From Escherichia coli (GTDB taxonomy: Bacteria > Pseudomonadota > Gammaproteobacteria > Enterobacterales > Enterobacteriaceae): a DNA stretch of 64,000 nucleotides. Below, piece after piece: positions 30,726 through 41,113 of the stretch. The DNA lies in assembly GCF_011045215.1 (NCBI RefSeq), contig NZ_CP049201.1; one strand, written 5' to 3'. How positions within the stretch are numbered: the stretch's first letter is position 1; every line of letters starts with the position of its first letter. A model generated the notes under the pieces. It was not told the DNA's origin. It searched no databases and saw only the letters and a list, made by a program, of their open reading frames with translations. The translations under genes and the position numbers were made by a program.

Positions 30726-31222
30726 TATTTTTTAACCTTAATATTTCGCTTTGTGCTGGGCGGATTTTCCTGTTCGGTGTTAACCGCTTCCCCGGTGATT
30801 TCCATCTCAATACCGCCCGGTTGAGGTTTTTCGCCACTCTGAATCACCGCCTGATCCACTGCGTTATTCAGCGATACAGCGCTGGCTGCGAGAATTTCTT
30901 CTGACAGGGATTCCAGATTTTCCGTTTTCTGCTCCGCGCAATCCTCAATGCGACCGACGCTCACAGGTTTATCGATGGAATAGCAGATACCGGAAAAATT
31001 CTTGTCCACCTTGTCACAACGCTGGAATCCGTAAGGCTCATGCTGTCGGATGATGTGGTCGATAATATCGGACTGATTTTCGATCATATGCTGACGTCCG
31101 GACGGAATTGTCACACCGAACGACTGCGTTTTTTCGGGGAGTTTGTAGTTGAACGTGTGCGGCTGACGTGAGCAGTTAGCGATGTAGAGCTTCATAAATT
31201 TTCCCACAAAAAAGGGGAGCAT
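30725..31222 (-). CDS. Hypothetical head-associated protein
   Basis: 165-aa ORF with GGGGAG RBS; directly downstream of the major capsid gene. Confidence 0.4.
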   Translation of the reverse strand: MLPFFVGKFMKLYIANCSRQPHTFNYKLPEKTQSFGVTIPSGRQHMIENQSDIIDHIIRQHEPYGFQRCDKVDKNFSGICYSIDKPVSVGRIEDCAEQKTENLESLSEEILAASAVSLNNAVDQAVIQSGEKPQPGGIEMEITGEAVNTEQENPPSTKRNIKVKK

Positions 31223-31251
31223 TTAGCTCCCCGCATTATCAGATTGAACGT

Positions 31252-32280
31252 TTATGCGTATTTGGCAGACAACAGAGTGATCCCCTCAGGGCGGAAGTTC
31301 CAGCCCGGCGTCGCGCGCATGGTATACAACGTGGTCAGGCCGCCATCCGGCATAGGGGACGGAATTTCCGTCGGCGCTGCCATATCACAGAACATCACGT
31401 TGACGGCCTGCTGGTTAGGGACCAGCGTGGAGAAAATATTGGTGTTAATGTTGTGACGCGCTTCCGGAACCTCAATCGTCGGGTTCGTAACGATGATCAG
31501 GTCATTACCACCAGCGCCTTTACCGATCAGCGTGTCGTCCTGGCAGAAAATGATGTCGTCGCCTGCCGCCTTATCGGCGACGTCTTTAACCATCGTTCCC
31601 ACCGTTCCGGTACCACCACCAGGACGCTGGTAACTGGTCAGCTCAACAATTCCTGTCCACTCCAGCGCCTTCATGAATCGCTGTGGGCTCAGAATAACAG
31701 TCGTTAATGGCTGCCCCAGCAGCAACATGCGGGTTTTCTGGTCAGCAATCAGGCCAAGCATAAATTTAGCCATCTCGCCGGAATCCCAGGTGGTATATGA
31801 ATCATTCCCTTTGCTGTCGTTGCCCAGATTCAGCGTCACTGCGTTCGGGGAGTTGGTGATCCCCTCGTTATTAGCTGCATTCACGCCATACAGCAGCATA
31901 TTACGCAACATTTGAGCGTGTCCCTGACGGTTAGCCAGGCGCAAGCCTTCAATCAGAGAATAGCCCCAGCGATCTGCTGCATCAGTATCGAGATAGCTGT
32001 ATTGCGAGCGGGAAGAAATTCGGTAAGTCATCATCCCGTCATAGCCGCCAGAGATACTGGAAGACGGTAACTGGCCCGGCAGAGACTGGCCGACCTGCGC
32101 CTGCGAGGTCATGCGCAGATATTTCTGATAGACCATCAAATCACTGGAACTGATTTTTACCGCTGGAGCACCACCAGCCAGGACTTCAAACGCCCCGGAA
32201 GCCATGCTCTGTTGCACGATCATTTCCGGCAGCACCATTGACGGCGACACAATAGTAGTCGCAGGAGTAAATGCGCTCAT
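31252..32280 (-). CDS. Major capsid protein
   Basis: 342-aa ORF after the scaffold gene; size and position typical of a major head subunit. Confidence 0.6.
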   Translation of the reverse strand: MSAFTPATTIVSPSMVLPEMIVQQSMASGAFEVLAGGAPAVKISSSDLMVYQKYLRMTSQAQVGQSLPGQLPSSSISGGYDGMMTYRISSRSQYSYLDTDAADRWGYSLIEGLRLANRQGHAQMLRNMLLYGVNAANNEGITNSPNAVTLNLGNDSKGNDSYTTWDSGEMAKFMLGLIADQKTRMLLLGQPLTTVILSPQRFMKALEWTGIVELTSYQRPGGGTGTVGTMVKDVADKAAGDDIIFCQDDTLIGKGAGGNDLIIVTNPTIEVPEARHNINTNIFSTLVPNQQAVNVMFCDMAAPTEIPSPMPDGGLTTLYTMRATPGWNFRPEGITLLSAKYA

Positions 32281-32294
32281 TAATTAATATCCCC

Positions 32295-32912
32295 TTAAAT
32301 TAAAAACAGGCCGCACGGTTTGCCGATTTCCCAGACAACGTTACCGCCATCCTCTTTTTTCACCGTCAGGTTTCCGTCAACTGAAACCATCAGCAGCTTA
32401 ATATCCACTTTCGGATTAGCGCCGGGTGATCCCGAATAAACATCAACCATGTTTTTCGTCAGATCCCACACAAAACCACTGGCAGCAACGGTGTTATTGC
32501 CATCAGCCAGCGCAACAACTTCTGCACTGACAGGGAGAGGAATGCGGGCACCTGAGCCAACGCGGTAATAGTGAACAAAGCCACCCGCAAGATATAACGG
32601 CACCGGATTATCCGGCGTGGTAATGCCATGAAATGCCTGATTAAAGACCGTAAAGGCGTTACATGCGTTTTGTGTAGCCTGCTTAATTACCGCGCCGTTA
32701 ACGCTGTCTTTCGCGGGAGCAATGCACTCCATAATGCCAACGCCACCCCATACCGGTTCAGTGATTTTGCTGTCCAGTCGACCGGAGCAAAGTTGCAGAC
32801 GAATTGCCGGATCATCCTGCGCATCCCCCTGCATCAGCCCACGGGATTCGACGTTAAAAAGGCCAACAAATGCTCCACGGTTTTTAAACGGATGAAAATT
32901 AATATCAGCCAT
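32295..32912 (-). CDS. Head protein (decoration/scaffold-associated)
   Basis: 205-aa ORF between scaffold and capsid genes. Confidence 0.4.
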   Translation of the reverse strand: MADINFHPFKNRGAFVGLFNVESRGLMQGDAQDDPAIRLQLCSGRLDSKITEPVWGGVGIMECIAPAKDSVNGAVIKQATQNACNAFTVFNQAFHGITTPDNPVPLYLAGGFVHYYRVGSGARIPLPVSAEVVALADGNNTVAASGFVWDLTKNMVDVYSGSPGANPKVDIKLLMVSVDGNLTVKKEDGGNVVWEIGKPCGLFLI

Positions 32913-34227
32913 TGTTCAGGCTCCCTTGAGTGTTAATTTTTGCCAGACGACGCCCCGGAATTTTGAAAGCACTCAGCCAGACGTTCGGATCGCCCTGATA
33001 TTCAGTAATGCGACGCCCGGCTTCATCGTTGCGGATACGTTTATGCAGTTGCCCCTGCCTACTCATCATTTCTTTTTCGATGGACTGACGGGCGGCACTG
33101 AAAATTGCGTCCTCAAGCACAGCCAGCGTTGCAGAATCCGCAATCGCGCGAATATTGACGTCCTTATGTGCCGGAGAGTGTTTCTGCATAGCGATTAGCG
33201 CACGCTTGCGGTAGTCCAGCGCATTTTCACCAGAAAACGGTGCTGGCGCGTTTTTACCGCAGGCACTGAATGCGGAGTCGGCTTTTGCCTGCGCTTCTGC
33301 CAGGGCAGAGTCATTGCGTTCTTTTTCTGCCTCCTCGTCAGCCTTACGCTGTTCTTCCGCTTCGGAATCAGCCTTTGCTTTCTCCTCAGCGTCTTTGGCT
33401 GCCGCCTCGTCAGCTTTGGCTTTTTCTTCCGCCTCCTTTGCCGCAGCTTCATCAGCTTTACGCTGTTCCTCTGCTGCTTCATCGGCTTTGGCCTTTTCTT
33501 CGGCCTCTTTTTTCGCCAGCTCTTCAGCATCCGCCCGCGCTTTGTCCCGCTGTTCCAGTGAGTCCATGCGCGTGACGACTCCATCGATTTTCTGATTAAT
33601 GCCGCTCAGGGCATCATTCACCACCCCCTGTAACAGGGCCTGGAGTTCTTCTTTTTCCATCTCAATTTCACCTGTATTTGTCACTTCAACCCCTGCGGGG
33701 ATCCGGTCTTTATCCCACACGCCCAACGAGCCGTGGTCTTTCGTCACCAGGGCGATGTGATCAACAAGGAAAGGAACGCCTTCGATTAAAAAATTGGTGT
33801 CACCTTCCTGTACTTCCACATTTCCTGATGTGCTGTTGAACACCACCGACGGGCTTGTCGAAACATCCCCCTCAGTGATTTCTTCAACAATGCTCTGGAG
33901 GTAAACGCGGCACACCGCCCATACCTCATCACCCCGGATATACGGCAGCATGACGCTACCAACGATCCGCGATTTAAAATCCTCCTCCGTCAGAACTGCG
34001 TCGTCAGGATGGTTTGCGATAACCGGAAGGCCATTGCATCGCCTTAAAAACTCCTCGTTCAGATAGAGCTTTGGATCACGCCAGACGTGCTCTTTCAGCC
34101 CGGCGCGATAGGCAAGCCCGGTTCCGGTTATGCGCAAATTCACCAGCCACATGTTGGAGAATTTCACCGGAGACGGTACGGTTCCGTCCCTGATGCGTTC
34201 TGCCACTTCAAGCTCGGTTAAACTCAC
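32905..34227 (-). CDS. Head scaffold / prohead protease-like protein with Ala-Glu-Lys repeat
   Basis: 440 aa; central repeat EEKAKADEAA(A/E)... encoded by tandem DNA repeats ~33270-33560. Confidence 0.5.
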   Translation of the reverse strand: MSLTELEVAERIRDGTVPSPVKFSNMWLVNLRITGTGLAYRAGLKEHVWRDPKLYLNEEFLRRCNGLPVIANHPDDAVLTEEDFKSRIVGSVMLPYIRGDEVWAVCRVYLQSIVEEITEGDVSTSPSVVFNSTSGNVEVQEGDTNFLIEGVPFLVDHIALVTKDHGSLGVWDKDRIPAGVEVTNTGEIEMEKEELQALLQGVVNDALSGINQKIDGVVTRMDSLEQRDKARADAEELAKKEAEEKAKADEAAEEQRKADEAAAKEAEEKAKADEAAAKDAEEKAKADSEAEEQRKADEEAEKERNDSALAEAQAKADSAFSACGKNAPAPFSGENALDYRKRALIAMQKHSPAHKDVNIRAIADSATLAVLEDAIFSAARQSIEKEMMSRQGQLHKRIRNDEAGRRITEYQGDPNVWLSAFKIPGRRLAKINTQGSLNNG

Positions 34228-35041
34228 GTTTGCCCTTCTCCGTTAAAAATTCGTCGGGTAGTTTCTGAGGGGCGTAGATCGGCAGTGCATCGCAACTGCA
34301 ATAAACCTCCTCCCCGGCAGCAGTGATTTCGTCATAAAAACCATATACGGGCTTAATCAGCCCCTGCTCCAGCGCCCACGAATCGCGGAGGAGATAAATT
34401 TTCTCGTCGCGCTCTTTGTGGTCCTGTCGGTATTTGTAGCCCGGACGCCGCCAATTCGAATGCCAGCGCAGAGCAATCGCTCCACTCTGAACAGCCAGCA
34501 GATACTTAACGTTGCTTGCCAGCTTATGCCCCTGGTCAATTGCCACCCGACGACTGATAAAATCCATATCCTTCACGGATTTCTGAAACCCGGCCTTCAC
34601 TTCCCGGCGATCAATTTCGCTCACCCCGTCAGGCGGAATGGACGTAACCCAACCCTGAAAACGCTGTATGGTTTTCTCGATGGCCTGTTCTCGGTTGAGT
34701 TTTATCAGGTTGGCACTGGCGAAAATTCGCCTGTCGAGTTCCTTGCGAAACTCAGGTTTCAGTTTTTCAACAGTGATTTTTTTAGGGCCGTCAGGAGGCT
34801 GATCCCGTAATGCCCCGCCGTCGATGACAAGACGGCTGTAGATAGCGGTGAGGTGTTTTCTGGCTACGGTATCATCAGGGGTTTCTCGCTGAGCGGCTAC
34901 ACGGAGTTTCCGGCACCATTCGAGCAATGATTTTTCGCTATCCCACCCGTGATTTACGTAGTAGTTAACGGCATCCGTCAGAACCTCATACAGCGTCCTG
35001 ATCCGTTTCTTCTTCCTCACCGCCCGGCTGGAAATTGCCAT
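34208..35041 (-). CDS. Head morphogenesis protein (Mu F-like / SPP1 gp7 family)
   Basis: Track ORF 34208..35179 overlaps portal; internal ATG at 35041; follows the portal as in Mu-like head modules. Confidence 0.5.
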   Translation of the reverse strand: MAISSRAVRKKKRIRTLYEVLTDAVNYYVNHGWDSEKSLLEWCRKLRVAAQRETPDDTVARKHLTAIYSRLVIDGGALRDQPPDGPKKITVEKLKPEFRKELDRRIFASANLIKLNREQAIEKTIQRFQGWVTSIPPDGVSEIDRREVKAGFQKSVKDMDFISRRVAIDQGHKLASNVKYLLAVQSGAIALRWHSNWRRPGYKYRQDHKERDEKIYLLRDSWALEQGLIKPVYGFYDEITAAGEEVYCSCDALPIYAPQKLPDEFLTEKGKREFNRA

Positions 35042-36425
35042 CAGGCGTCTCCTGCTTCGGTGGTTCATAATTCGCCAGCGCGTCCACATCAATGATGAGT
35101 GGAGCTTCGCCATAGGTTTGCGTGGCATTAACAAGGCTTGCCAGCCATTCAGTGACGGCGGCACGGTTTTCAGGATCAACCTGTGGCGACACGGCAGAGA
35201 AAAGTGCTATCGCCTGTTGAATCACTTTACTGTCGCTTTCCCGGCGTTTGTCCGGCGACTCCTCCACCAGCTCCTGCCATGTCGCGGTAAATTCACGTCG
35301 CCACTGGTAAAACGTGGTTTTATAGTCATCAGTTATGATGTCCGGGTAATCATTTTTCAGCGACTGATAAAATTCCTCGTTCCAGGCGATGTACTGCACC
35401 AGGCGTTCGAAATAATCCATCACGGGTTCAATCTGCTGGCGTACACCATCGATATACTGGCTGATGGCTTTCGAATCTTCGGTCCCCTCACCGAAACCAT
35501 TCGAAAAGGCTTCCTCTTTGATGAGGATCGCCGGAACGTCACTCCCTGACGCAATATCGGAAATAATATTGTCGCGTGCAGCGTTTAGCGCACCATCGAT
35601 GTTTTGTAGATTTAGCGAGGTAACGTCCTCATCCTTCCCGATACTAAGCACACCTTTATTTTTTGCCTCTTTGACGTTTTCCCTTTTTCGTCCCGTGGCG
35701 GCAGCCATGATCCCGTCAAGTTTCGAACCGTACTGCACAACTTTAGCTACCAGTACGCCCGCCTTCTGGCTGACGAGATCATTCGCCTCCATCGTGTTGA
35801 TATAGGATTTCAGGGAATAAAGAACGCGCTGAAACACACTTCGTCCGGTGAATCCGAACGATGAACTCTGAAACTCCAGATAAATCGGTGTGCCGTTGAA
35901 GATTTTCAGTGTGCGTGACGGATGCCAGTCTTTCCCACCAATCTTCAGTTTTTTATTGGCTTCCTGGAAAAACGGGCTGTTGGGGTTCTGGTCAGTCACC
36001 ATCGAACCGGAAGCGTTCAACGGGTCCCACGCGTTGATATACACGTCATCTTCTGTCAGTCCGAACGTCGGAAGCGGTTCACGACATGGAACGCTGTCGG
36101 TGCCCACGCCGATCGCTGCAGCACCGTAGCAACGAGACAGAAAAAACAGATTTTTAATCTTCTCGTTGACCTTCATGCGTTCCCATACCTCCTGAAAACG
36201 CCTCACAACCCTCTCGTCAGGGTCTGTCTCCACGTTATACTGGCGCGGCTTACACATCGCCATCAGTATGGGTTTTTCGACAAGTTTTCCGCCCAGAGGA
36301 TGGAATTGCCACAGCTGCTTACACAATTCATAGCCAATGTCGGTTCCCGGCTGAATTTCTTCAGCCTCAAGAATACGCATCAGTGCCGAACCGAGGCCGC
36401 CAGTAATCTCGATCTCTGCCATCAA
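34986..36425 (-). CDS. Portal protein
   Basis: 479-aa ORF immediately downstream of the large terminase. Confidence 0.7.
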   Translation of the reverse strand: MMAEIEITGGLGSALMRILEAEEIQPGTDIGYELCKQLWQFHPLGGKLVEKPILMAMCKPRQYNVETDPDERVVRRFQEVWERMKVNEKIKNLFFLSRCYGAAAIGVGTDSVPCREPLPTFGLTEDDVYINAWDPLNASGSMVTDQNPNSPFFQEANKKLKIGGKDWHPSRTLKIFNGTPIYLEFQSSSFGFTGRSVFQRVLYSLKSYINTMEANDLVSQKAGVLVAKVVQYGSKLDGIMAAATGRKRENVKEAKNKGVLSIGKDEDVTSLNLQNIDGALNAARDNIISDIASGSDVPAILIKEEAFSNGFGEGTEDSKAISQYIDGVRQQIEPVMDYFERLVQYIAWNEEFYQSLKNDYPDIITDDYKTTFYQWRREFTATWQELVEESPDKRRESDSKVIQQAIALFSAVSPQVDPENRAAVTEWLASLVNATQTYGEAPLIIDVDALANYEPPKQETPDGNFQPGGEEEETDQDAV

Positions 36426-36439
36426 AAATATCCTGATTT

Positions 36440-37768
36440 TTACAACTCCGCGTAATTACCGTGCGCGATGATCAATCCATAGGTGTAACAATCGAAAAGG
36501 TCATCAGCACGTTTATGCGCGTCTTTGTCTGCCAGGTGGAACCCGGCGATTTGTTTGATGAGGTGGTTTGCGGTTGTGCGCTTGAATGAAACGGTTTTGT
36601 CGTAAGCCTCGCGGGTAATTTTGCATTTACCCTGGTAATGGTGGCTGGAAGCCAGCACCGCGCGCTCGTCTTTCCCTTTGCTGGTTAACGCTGATTTAAT
36701 CGGCGTCATATCCCAGCCTTCGGTTTCCGCTTTCTGGTTGAGGATTGCGCCCATTGCGGCATCCTCCATGAATACCCCCTGACTCCCCAGGCGCGGGCGG
36801 CAGAGTTGCGCCAGCCGCTCGAGGTTGTCATAAACACCGGGGATATACTCAGGAAGCAGCGACGCTTTAATTTGCGTCACATCCCAGTCGATAACGGTCA
36901 GTTTCGGCTCATCGGAATACGTGGACTCATACGCGAAGTAAACCACGCCTGTCCCGTCGTTCTCCGTCCCGCCTTTCAGCGCCGTATCCATTACCGCAAA
37001 AATCATGTCGCAGTGTCGCGGCATCTCAACCGGCTGGCCATCCACCAGCAGCTTATCGACATCGAGTAACGCGTCTTTGGACCAGTCTACGAACTCTGCA
37101 AGATATTCCTGCTGCCAGACGCGCGGATCGGATTTCTTCTCCGTTTCCTCCAGTTCTTCTTTCGGAATATACGGATTCGATGAAGTTGGCGCATGGTGCA
37201 TAACAAATCCCAGGGATTCATCGTGGCATATCGCGTAGAAAAAATTGCTCTCGTCGATACCGTTTGGTGTGGAAAATACCCACGCACAGCCGCGGTAATC
37301 GACAAGCGTCGGGCGTATCGCTCGGGGCCAGATTTCCTCGAGCATTTCCGGCGATTTAGTGAATGCGGCCTCATCAATCAGCACAGCGTGATATTTACGC
37401 CCACGCCCGGCCAGTTTGTTATTGTCCGTTACCCAAAAGTCGATGCGCCCCCCATTACGGAGAATGATGCGCTTTTCATTTTTTGACTGACTGAGGATCA
37501 GCGGTTGCAGAACGGCGCTAATTTCATCCCAGATTTCCTGGTACTGGCGGTATTGCGCGGTAAAAATCCCCACCCTACCCGCGATAAGTTGCCCGGTGGT
37601 AGGAACGGCAAATTTCCGCGTAGCGAAACTGGTAGCGATGTTCACCAGCATCACCGTTTTACCCCAGCGACGACCACAGCATACCGCGTGGAAGCGTTCC
37701 TCTATTGCCGCCGTCCATGCAGCTATTTGCCCCTCATGAGGTTTTGGGAGGTAGATTTCAATCGACAT
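36440..37768 (-). CDS. Terminase large subunit
   Basis: 442 aa; Walker A (CGRRWGKT) near N-terminus; C-terminal nuclease-like region. Confidence 0.85.
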   Translation of the reverse strand: MSIEIYLPKPHEGQIAAWTAAIEERFHAVCCGRRWGKTVMLVNIATSFATRKFAVPTTGQLIAGRVGIFTAQYRQYQEIWDEISAVLQPLILSQSKNEKRIILRNGGRIDFWVTDNNKLAGRGRKYHAVLIDEAAFTKSPEMLEEIWPRAIRPTLVDYRGCAWVFSTPNGIDESNFFYAICHDESLGFVMHHAPTSSNPYIPKEELEETEKKSDPRVWQQEYLAEFVDWSKDALLDVDKLLVDGQPVEMPRHCDMIFAVMDTALKGGTENDGTGVVYFAYESTYSDEPKLTVIDWDVTQIKASLLPEYIPGVYDNLERLAQLCRPRLGSQGVFMEDAAMGAILNQKAETEGWDMTPIKSALTSKGKDERAVLASSHHYQGKCKITREAYDKTVSFKRTTANHLIKQIAGFHLADKDAHKRADDLFDCYTYGLIIAHGNYAEL

Positions 37769-38849
37769 TATCCACTCCCGGCATCGGCAGAGAGTTGTGG
37801 ATAATTATTTCGTTATTCTCACCACCCACGCCTTTTTTGAGGTTTTCAATCTCAGTGCGCAGCTTTTCGTTGCGAAGCCTCAGTCCTTCAAGCTCCAGAT
37901 CATTGCGACTGTCAGTTGCACCACCAGCAGAACTTCCTTTCGTCGCCATTATCAGCTTGATAAGTTCGCGCCGGGCGGCAGCCTTATCCTCCAGCAGGAT
38001 CTCAACACCAAATTTCCCGAGCTTTGCCCCTGCATATAATTGTCGCGCATCCCCATCAAGCAGAGTGGTATCAGCCATATAAAGCTGTCCCGTTCCCTCA
38101 CCGCAGCACTTCGGACAATCCGGATTGGGTATGGCGTTATCAACAAAGCCGAGGCCTCCATATTCCGGCTCGGGTTTGCCATCTCTGGAGGCCTGTGCCG
38201 CTGCCTTATCGAATTCTGCAATATCACGCCACTGGTAGAGGTGATTCTCGCCCCAGCAATAACGGCAGTTAACACGGCGAAATTGTGCCAACTGATTGGG
38301 GTCGGCCTGGACAATGGCCATCAACTGACTCACCAGTAAATCCAGGTCTGCGGTATAGCGTTTCTGATACTGATTGCGGAAGTAGCTGATAGCACGATAA
38401 ACCCTGGCATTTCTAAGCATACGGCTGGCGTTGCTGTTAGCTGTCGCACCTTGCCCCTCATAACCAGCCAGTCGGTATGCCTCTGTCGGCTTTTTCCCCT
38501 GAGCAACAAGCATCGCAAACTTAGCCTGCTGGTCAGAAATGCCGAATTCATCGGGGCAGAACGAAAATTCCTCCGCGTCGCCCTCATTCAGGCACGCATC
38601 GGATACTGGCTTTTTTTTCTGAGATTTTCCGTTCCGCTTTTGCGCAGTCTGCGCAGATTTTTTCTGCGCACTTTGTTGCGCAGTTTTGCGCATTTCTGTC
38701 TGCGCATTTTTCGGAGGTTTTTTGATGTAACGACGGGCTGTTGCGTAATTCAGTCCCCTTGCCTCACACCATGCCACCGGGGATACACCGGAGCGGGTGT
38801 ATTCAGCAATATATTCCTGCTGCAACGCCCCCCAGTCCGGTCTGCTCAT
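37758..38849 (-). CDS. Terminase small subunit (HTH N-terminus)
   Basis: 363-aa ORF overlapping the TerL start; N-terminal HTH, basic linker, coiled-coil C-terminus. Confidence 0.6.
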   Translation of the reverse strand: MSRPDWGALQQEYIAEYTRSGVSPVAWCEARGLNYATARRYIKKPPKNAQTEMRKTAQQSAQKKSAQTAQKRNGKSQKKKPVSDACLNEGDAEEFSFCPDEFGISDQQAKFAMLVAQGKKPTEAYRLAGYEGQGATANSNASRMLRNARVYRAISYFRNQYQKRYTADLDLLVSQLMAIVQADPNQLAQFRRVNCRYCWGENHLYQWRDIAEFDKAAAQASRDGKPEPEYGGLGFVDNAIPNPDCPKCCGEGTGQLYMADTTLLDGDARQLYAGAKLGKFGVEILLEDKAAARRELIKLIMATKGSSAGGATDSRNDLELEGLRLRNEKLRTEIENLKKGVGGENNEIIIHNSLPMPGVDNVD

Positions 38850-38852
38850 TAG

Positions 38853-39104
38853 TTAGTCCTGATTTTTATCCACCCTGAGTAGTTCACGCAGGGCAAAGGC
38901 ATCCCCTTTTCTGGCAAGCTTAAACAATGCCGCCCGTAGTTCGGCTTCACCTTTCGCTCTGCCCTTACGGATGGATGCGTAAAAATCTGTCATTGCTTCC
39001 CGATTTTCTTTCAGTCGGTTCAGATCAACATCCAGAACGTCAGCGATTTGTTGTGCAGTCATCCGGCACGCTGCCAGAGACTCGACTTTCGAATACGGAA
39101 TCAT
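38853..39104 (-). CDS. Hypothetical small protein
   Basis: 83-aa ORF just upstream of TerS. Confidence 0.35.
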   Translation of the reverse strand: MIPYSKVESLAACRMTAQQIADVLDVDLNRLKENREAMTDFYASIRKGRAKGEAELRAALFKLARKGDAFALRELLRVDKNQD

Positions 39105-39990
39105 TTGTCACCCCCATTGATATGCAGGGTGTCTTCTTCCTGTATTTTTCGTGAAGGATTTTTACTGCAGCGTTGTTCCAGGTGACCTGATGGTGAATGC
39201 GTTTATGGCTGGCCCCCATCAGTGAGATTTTTACGCACGAGGGCGCATACATGACGGAGTAAAAACTTTTAACGTAGGTTCCGGAATCCAGATACAGCTC
39301 GGTCATTCCGCCGCTGTTTTTCTGCGTCTGTTTCTGCCCTAACTGGACAGCACCGATCGTCATAAACAATTCACCACAGCGACCGAGATTCGTGTACGTA
39401 TTCACATCCTCGTTAATGCGCCCCATGAATGAGAACGGTCGATCAACCGAACAGATAAAGCTGTTCATTGCCTTGCGTTTCACCCACGAAGCATGGCCGC
39501 CATTGTCACCAAGAAAATCCCCGCCCTGCGACATAGCGATGGAAAGCGCAGGTATTGATTCGTAGTACGCCAGCATTTCAGAAAGGATCGCATCCAGTTT
39601 TCTTATCGGGAAATAGGCCTGGTCATAGTTGCGATCCACCCGAAACTGAAACTCGTGATAATCATCATCGAGCTGAATGAAGTATTTACACCCGACCAGT
39701 TTTGCCAGGTCGAAACAGGCATTACGGGCGTAAAAAATTGAGCGGCGATCACCGAAATTATCGGCTTCGTCAAAACGACTGGCTATATCGGCTTTGGAAA
39801 ACACCAGCACCTGTTCACCAAATTCAGCTATGTACTGATGCCGTGTCTTATCTTCATCATCAACAACGATAAAAATTTTCCCGGTATAGCCAGCACGACG
39901 CAACGTCCGGTAAGTCAGAACTTTGTCCGGTCGCCCGTGAGTCAGAATAAAGGCGCAAAAATCATCACGCATATTCCTCCTCCCCGCCAT
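39040..39990 (-). CDS. Hypothetical protein with glycosyltransferase-like (GT-A-like) motifs
   Basis: N-terminal FILTHGRPD and later DDD motif (IQLDDDY) suggest a nucleotide-sugar transferase fold; alternative ATG at 39972. Confidence 0.4.
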   Translation of the reverse strand: MAGRRNMRDDFCAFILTHGRPDKVLTYRTLRRAGYTGKIFIVVDDEDKTRHQYIAEFGEQVLVFSKADIASRFDEADNFGDRRSIFYARNACFDLAKLVGCKYFIQLDDDYHEFQFRVDRNYDQAYFPIRKLDAILSEMLAYYESIPALSIAMSQGGDFLGDNGGHASWVKRKAMNSFICSVDRPFSFMGRINEDVNTYTNLGRCGELFMTIGAVQLGQKQTQKNSGGMTELYLDSGTYVKSFYSVMYAPSCVKISLMGASHKRIHHQVTWNNAAVKILHEKYRKKTPCISMGVTNDSVFESRVSGSVPDDCTTNR

Positions 39991-40753
39991 GCATGATCTC
40001 CACCATACGCTGCGTCATCCGGACAAAACCATTTTCGATGGCTTGCTGATAATCAATGATCACCAGTGCCGACTCCTCAAAAAGGCCCTGAATTTCAGCG
40101 GGGGCGTGAGCGTAATAGTCTGCAATTCTGCTGAAATTAAACACCGTGTGGCGTTCTGCCGCGCACAGGAGGAATTTTTCGATATCAGGCTCAAGGGACG
40201 CCGTACGTATCCGGCTGACCAGCTCCTGAGTTTTCGTATCGTCGTACAGTTCACTGATATCCGGTTCATCCCCTGACGGCTCATAAACAGGCGTATCAAT
40301 TTTCGTCGTGTACGGCTCATCCTCATTCGCTGTACCTGGCAAAACATCCGTTAATAGTTCGTCAATTTCTGTCGGGCAGAATCCTGTCAGGGAGATATCA
40401 AAATCAGCATTGATTAGGTCCGACAGCTCCATCCGTAACAGATCTTCATCCCAGCCAGCACTCATCGGCAGGCGATTATCAGCCAGGCGGTACGCCTTTT
40501 TCTGATCATCCGTCAGACCAGACAGAACAATGACCGGAACCGAATCCATTTTGAGCGCCTCAGCCGCCATAACACGCCCGTGCCCCGCAATAATTTCACC
40601 CTTTTCATCAATCAGCACCGGATTTGTCCAGCCGAATTGCTTAATGCTTTCAACCAGCTGTGTCACCTGTTCAGGAGAGTGTGTCCTTGCATTGTGCACA
40701 TACGGAGACAACTCTTGTAACAGTCGATAGACAATATTCAATTTTTCGCTCAT
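39965..40753 (-). CDS. ParB-like nuclease domain protein
   Basis: Track ORF 39965..40840; ATG at 40753 with GAGG upstream; ParB/Srx-type N-terminal motif ...TNPVLIDEKGEIIAGHGRVMAA... Confidence 0.75.
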   Translation of the reverse strand: MSEKLNIVYRLLQELSPYVHNARTHSPEQVTQLVESIKQFGWTNPVLIDEKGEIIAGHGRVMAAEALKMDSVPVIVLSGLTDDQKKAYRLADNRLPMSAGWDEDLLRMELSDLINADFDISLTGFCPTEIDELLTDVLPGTANEDEPYTTKIDTPVYEPSGDEPDISELYDDTKTQELVSRIRTASLEPDIEKFLLCAAERHTVFNFSRIADYYAHAPAEIQGLFEESALVIIDYQQAIENGFVRMTQRMVEIMHGGEEEYA

Positions 40754-41113
40754 ACAACCTCGCTTTATGAATAAAAAACTAACAGCAGCCAGTGGAGAGC
40801 ATTTATCATTAACATTTACAGATAAGATGACGTACATCATTGAAACGCCATTAAGCTATATACCTGCAGCATTTGTAGTTGCACTCCGCAACTCTGCGAC
40901 TACGGTTATAAAAGCATTGGCAACTTTTGCCACCGGCAAATCTTCCATGGATTTCCTCTGCCGGTTTTTTATTTTCGTCGATGCATAACATTGCATTTAC
41001 ATCAATACCGTCTATTGTCATAAGTATGTTGTACCGATGCTCGGGTGATATTGGCGGTCTTCGCCAGCCGGTTCTGTGTAGTTGCTCCCTGTGACCGGTT
41101 TTTTATTTCTCAC

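Noticed and set aside
33195-33595. Ala/Arg-rich ORFs in alternative frames of the scaffold gene (33195..33584, 33270..33575, 33314..33595), and possibility of a CRISPR array
   Set aside because: Frame artefacts of the coding tandem repeat; repeats are contiguous and protein-coding with no unique spacers.
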